Shown piece after piece: positions 17,860-18,723 of a stretch of 18,723 bases of DNA. The position numbers and the translations under genes are program-made. This stretch comes from Gemmatimonadota bacterium. GTDB lineage: Bacteria > Gemmatimonadota > Gemmatimonadetes > Palauibacterales > Palauibacteraceae. The first letter of the stretch is position 1; the number at the start of each line of letters is the position of its first letter. The stretch spans positions 1-18,723 of the forward strand of contig JBHIAV010000051.1 of assembly GCA_046758745.1 (NCBI GenBank). Direction: 5' to 3'. The notes beneath the pieces are model-generated. The model was not told the DNA's origin. It searched no databases and was given only the letters and a program-made list of their open reading frames with translations.

Positions 17860-18249
17860 ATGCGCTCGAGATTCGGAGTCGAGGTCTGGCTTCTGATCGC
17901 CGTCGCCGCCGCCACAGCCGGGTGTGCCCGTCAGGCCGTGGTCGCCTCCGAGCCGGGGAACCCCGGCGCCGTTCGGGCCTCGGTGGACGCGTCGCTCAGG
18001 GCCGATCTCGCGCGGCTCGCGGAGGCTCAGAGGAGTTATCGGGAAAGGGAGGGGAGATACGCGGACAACCTTGCCGCCCTCGGGTTCTCGCCGACGGCGG
18101 GGGTGACCGTGAGCATCCTCCAGGGAGATCGGAACGGCTTCTCGGCCATCGCGAACAGCGGTGACTTCGAGTGTGCTGTCTACTCCGGAAGCATACGGTC
18201 CCCGCGGTCGTATGTCACGTCTCCGGATGCGATAGCCTGTCGATCTTGA
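17860..18249 (+). CDS. Putative lipoprotein with a type IV pilin-like globular domain
   Basis: GGGAGGGAG RBS and signal peptide ending in lipobox TAG-C. Then LRADLARLAEAQRSYREREGRY, beta-strands GVTVSI and GFSAIA, and two C-terminal Cys. Confidence 0.75.
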   Translation: MRSRFGVEVWLLIAVAAATAGCARQAVVASEPGNPGAVRASVDASLRADLARLAEAQRSYREREGRYADNLAALGFSPTAGVTVSILQGDRNGFSAIANSGDFECAVYSGSIRSPRSYVTSPDAIACRS

Positions 18250-18327
18250 GCTGACTCGGCGGCCGGCGGCCGCCTGGCCCGCGGCGGGGCGATCGGGGGC
18301 GTCGGGTGGCCAGCCGAGTTCTCTTCG

Positions 18328-18525
18328 TTAACTTCGGCTGCGGCGTCGCGCGTTGCGCGCGAGGCGTCGCTGGGCCGCCTTTGCCTTCCGGCGCCGGGCT
18401 TCGCTCGGCTTCTCGTAGTGCCTCTTGCGCCTCATGTCCGCGAGAATCCCCGCCCGCTGGACCTTTCGTCGGAACTGGCGAAGGGCGCGTTCGAGATCCT
18501 CGCCCTCCTCGATACGGATCTCCAA
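18328..18525 (-). CDS. rpsU: 30S ribosomal protein S21
   Basis: EDLERALRQFRRKV...RHYEKPSEARRRK is the S21 signature. Probable TTG start at 18525 gives 65 aa. Confidence 0.93.
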   Translation of the reverse strand: MEIRIEEGEDLERALRQFRRKVQRAGILADMRRKRHYEKPSEARRRKAKAAQRRLARNARRRSRS

Positions 18526-18561
18526 ACTCCCGACCTTTTGCGAGGTGGTTTGCGAGAACAC

Positions 18562-18593
18562 AAGACCCGCCGGCATCGGTGCGGGCGGGTCTT
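18562..18593 (-). promoter_or_regulatory. Strong hairpin upstream of rpsU (leader structure or terminator)
   Basis: AAGACCCGCC (18562-18571) pairs with GGCGGGTCTT (18584-18593), with an inner GCA/TGC stem. Confidence 0.45.
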
Positions 18594-18669
18594 CACGAGA
18601 GGGAACGACCGCCGGACCTTATACCTAACATCAACGGGGCGCCGAAATCAAGATAATCCGACGGCCCGG

Positions 18670-18723
18670 CTAGGAGCCTGTCCCCGTAATGGCGACTGAC
18701 GAGGGTGGTAGTGTGCTCATGGT
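18670..18723 (+). mobile_element. Probable left end of an insertion sequence (CTAG target, terminal inverted repeat, possible transposase promoter and start)
   Basis: CTAG at 18670-18673, then GAGCCTGTCCCCGTAATG (18674-18691), the inverted match to 32-49. Extended -10-like TGGTAGTGT at 18706-18714 and ATG at 18719, truncated by the window end. Confidence 0.65.

Overview
High-GC bacterial chromosomal segment, probably Gemmatimonadota (inferred from a pilin-like lipoprotein and the gene content; not proven). Most of it is housekeeping or metabolic: a TIGR04053-like radical SAM/SPASM protein convergent with hemG/hemY, a secreted M20 peptidase coupled to a GlnRS-YqeY fusion, the glyoxylate shunt aceB-aceA, a class I/II aminotransferase, msrA, a TetR regulator with a visible palindromic operator, an HD phosphohydrolase, ispG, a class IV aminotransferase, a lipoprotein and rpsU. 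Two signals stand out beyond the ORF track. (1) At 14495-14962 a sigma70 promoter carries two NrdR-like boxes 32 bp apart and is followed by helically phased DnaA-like boxes. This is ribonucleotide-reductase-type promoter architecture, but it precedes an unrecognised 66-aa Arg-rich protein with a strong RBS, not an RNR gene. (2) Both window ends carry matching IS-like terminal inverted repeats beside CTAG, and the left one abuts a 28-bp CTAG-containing tandem repeat.
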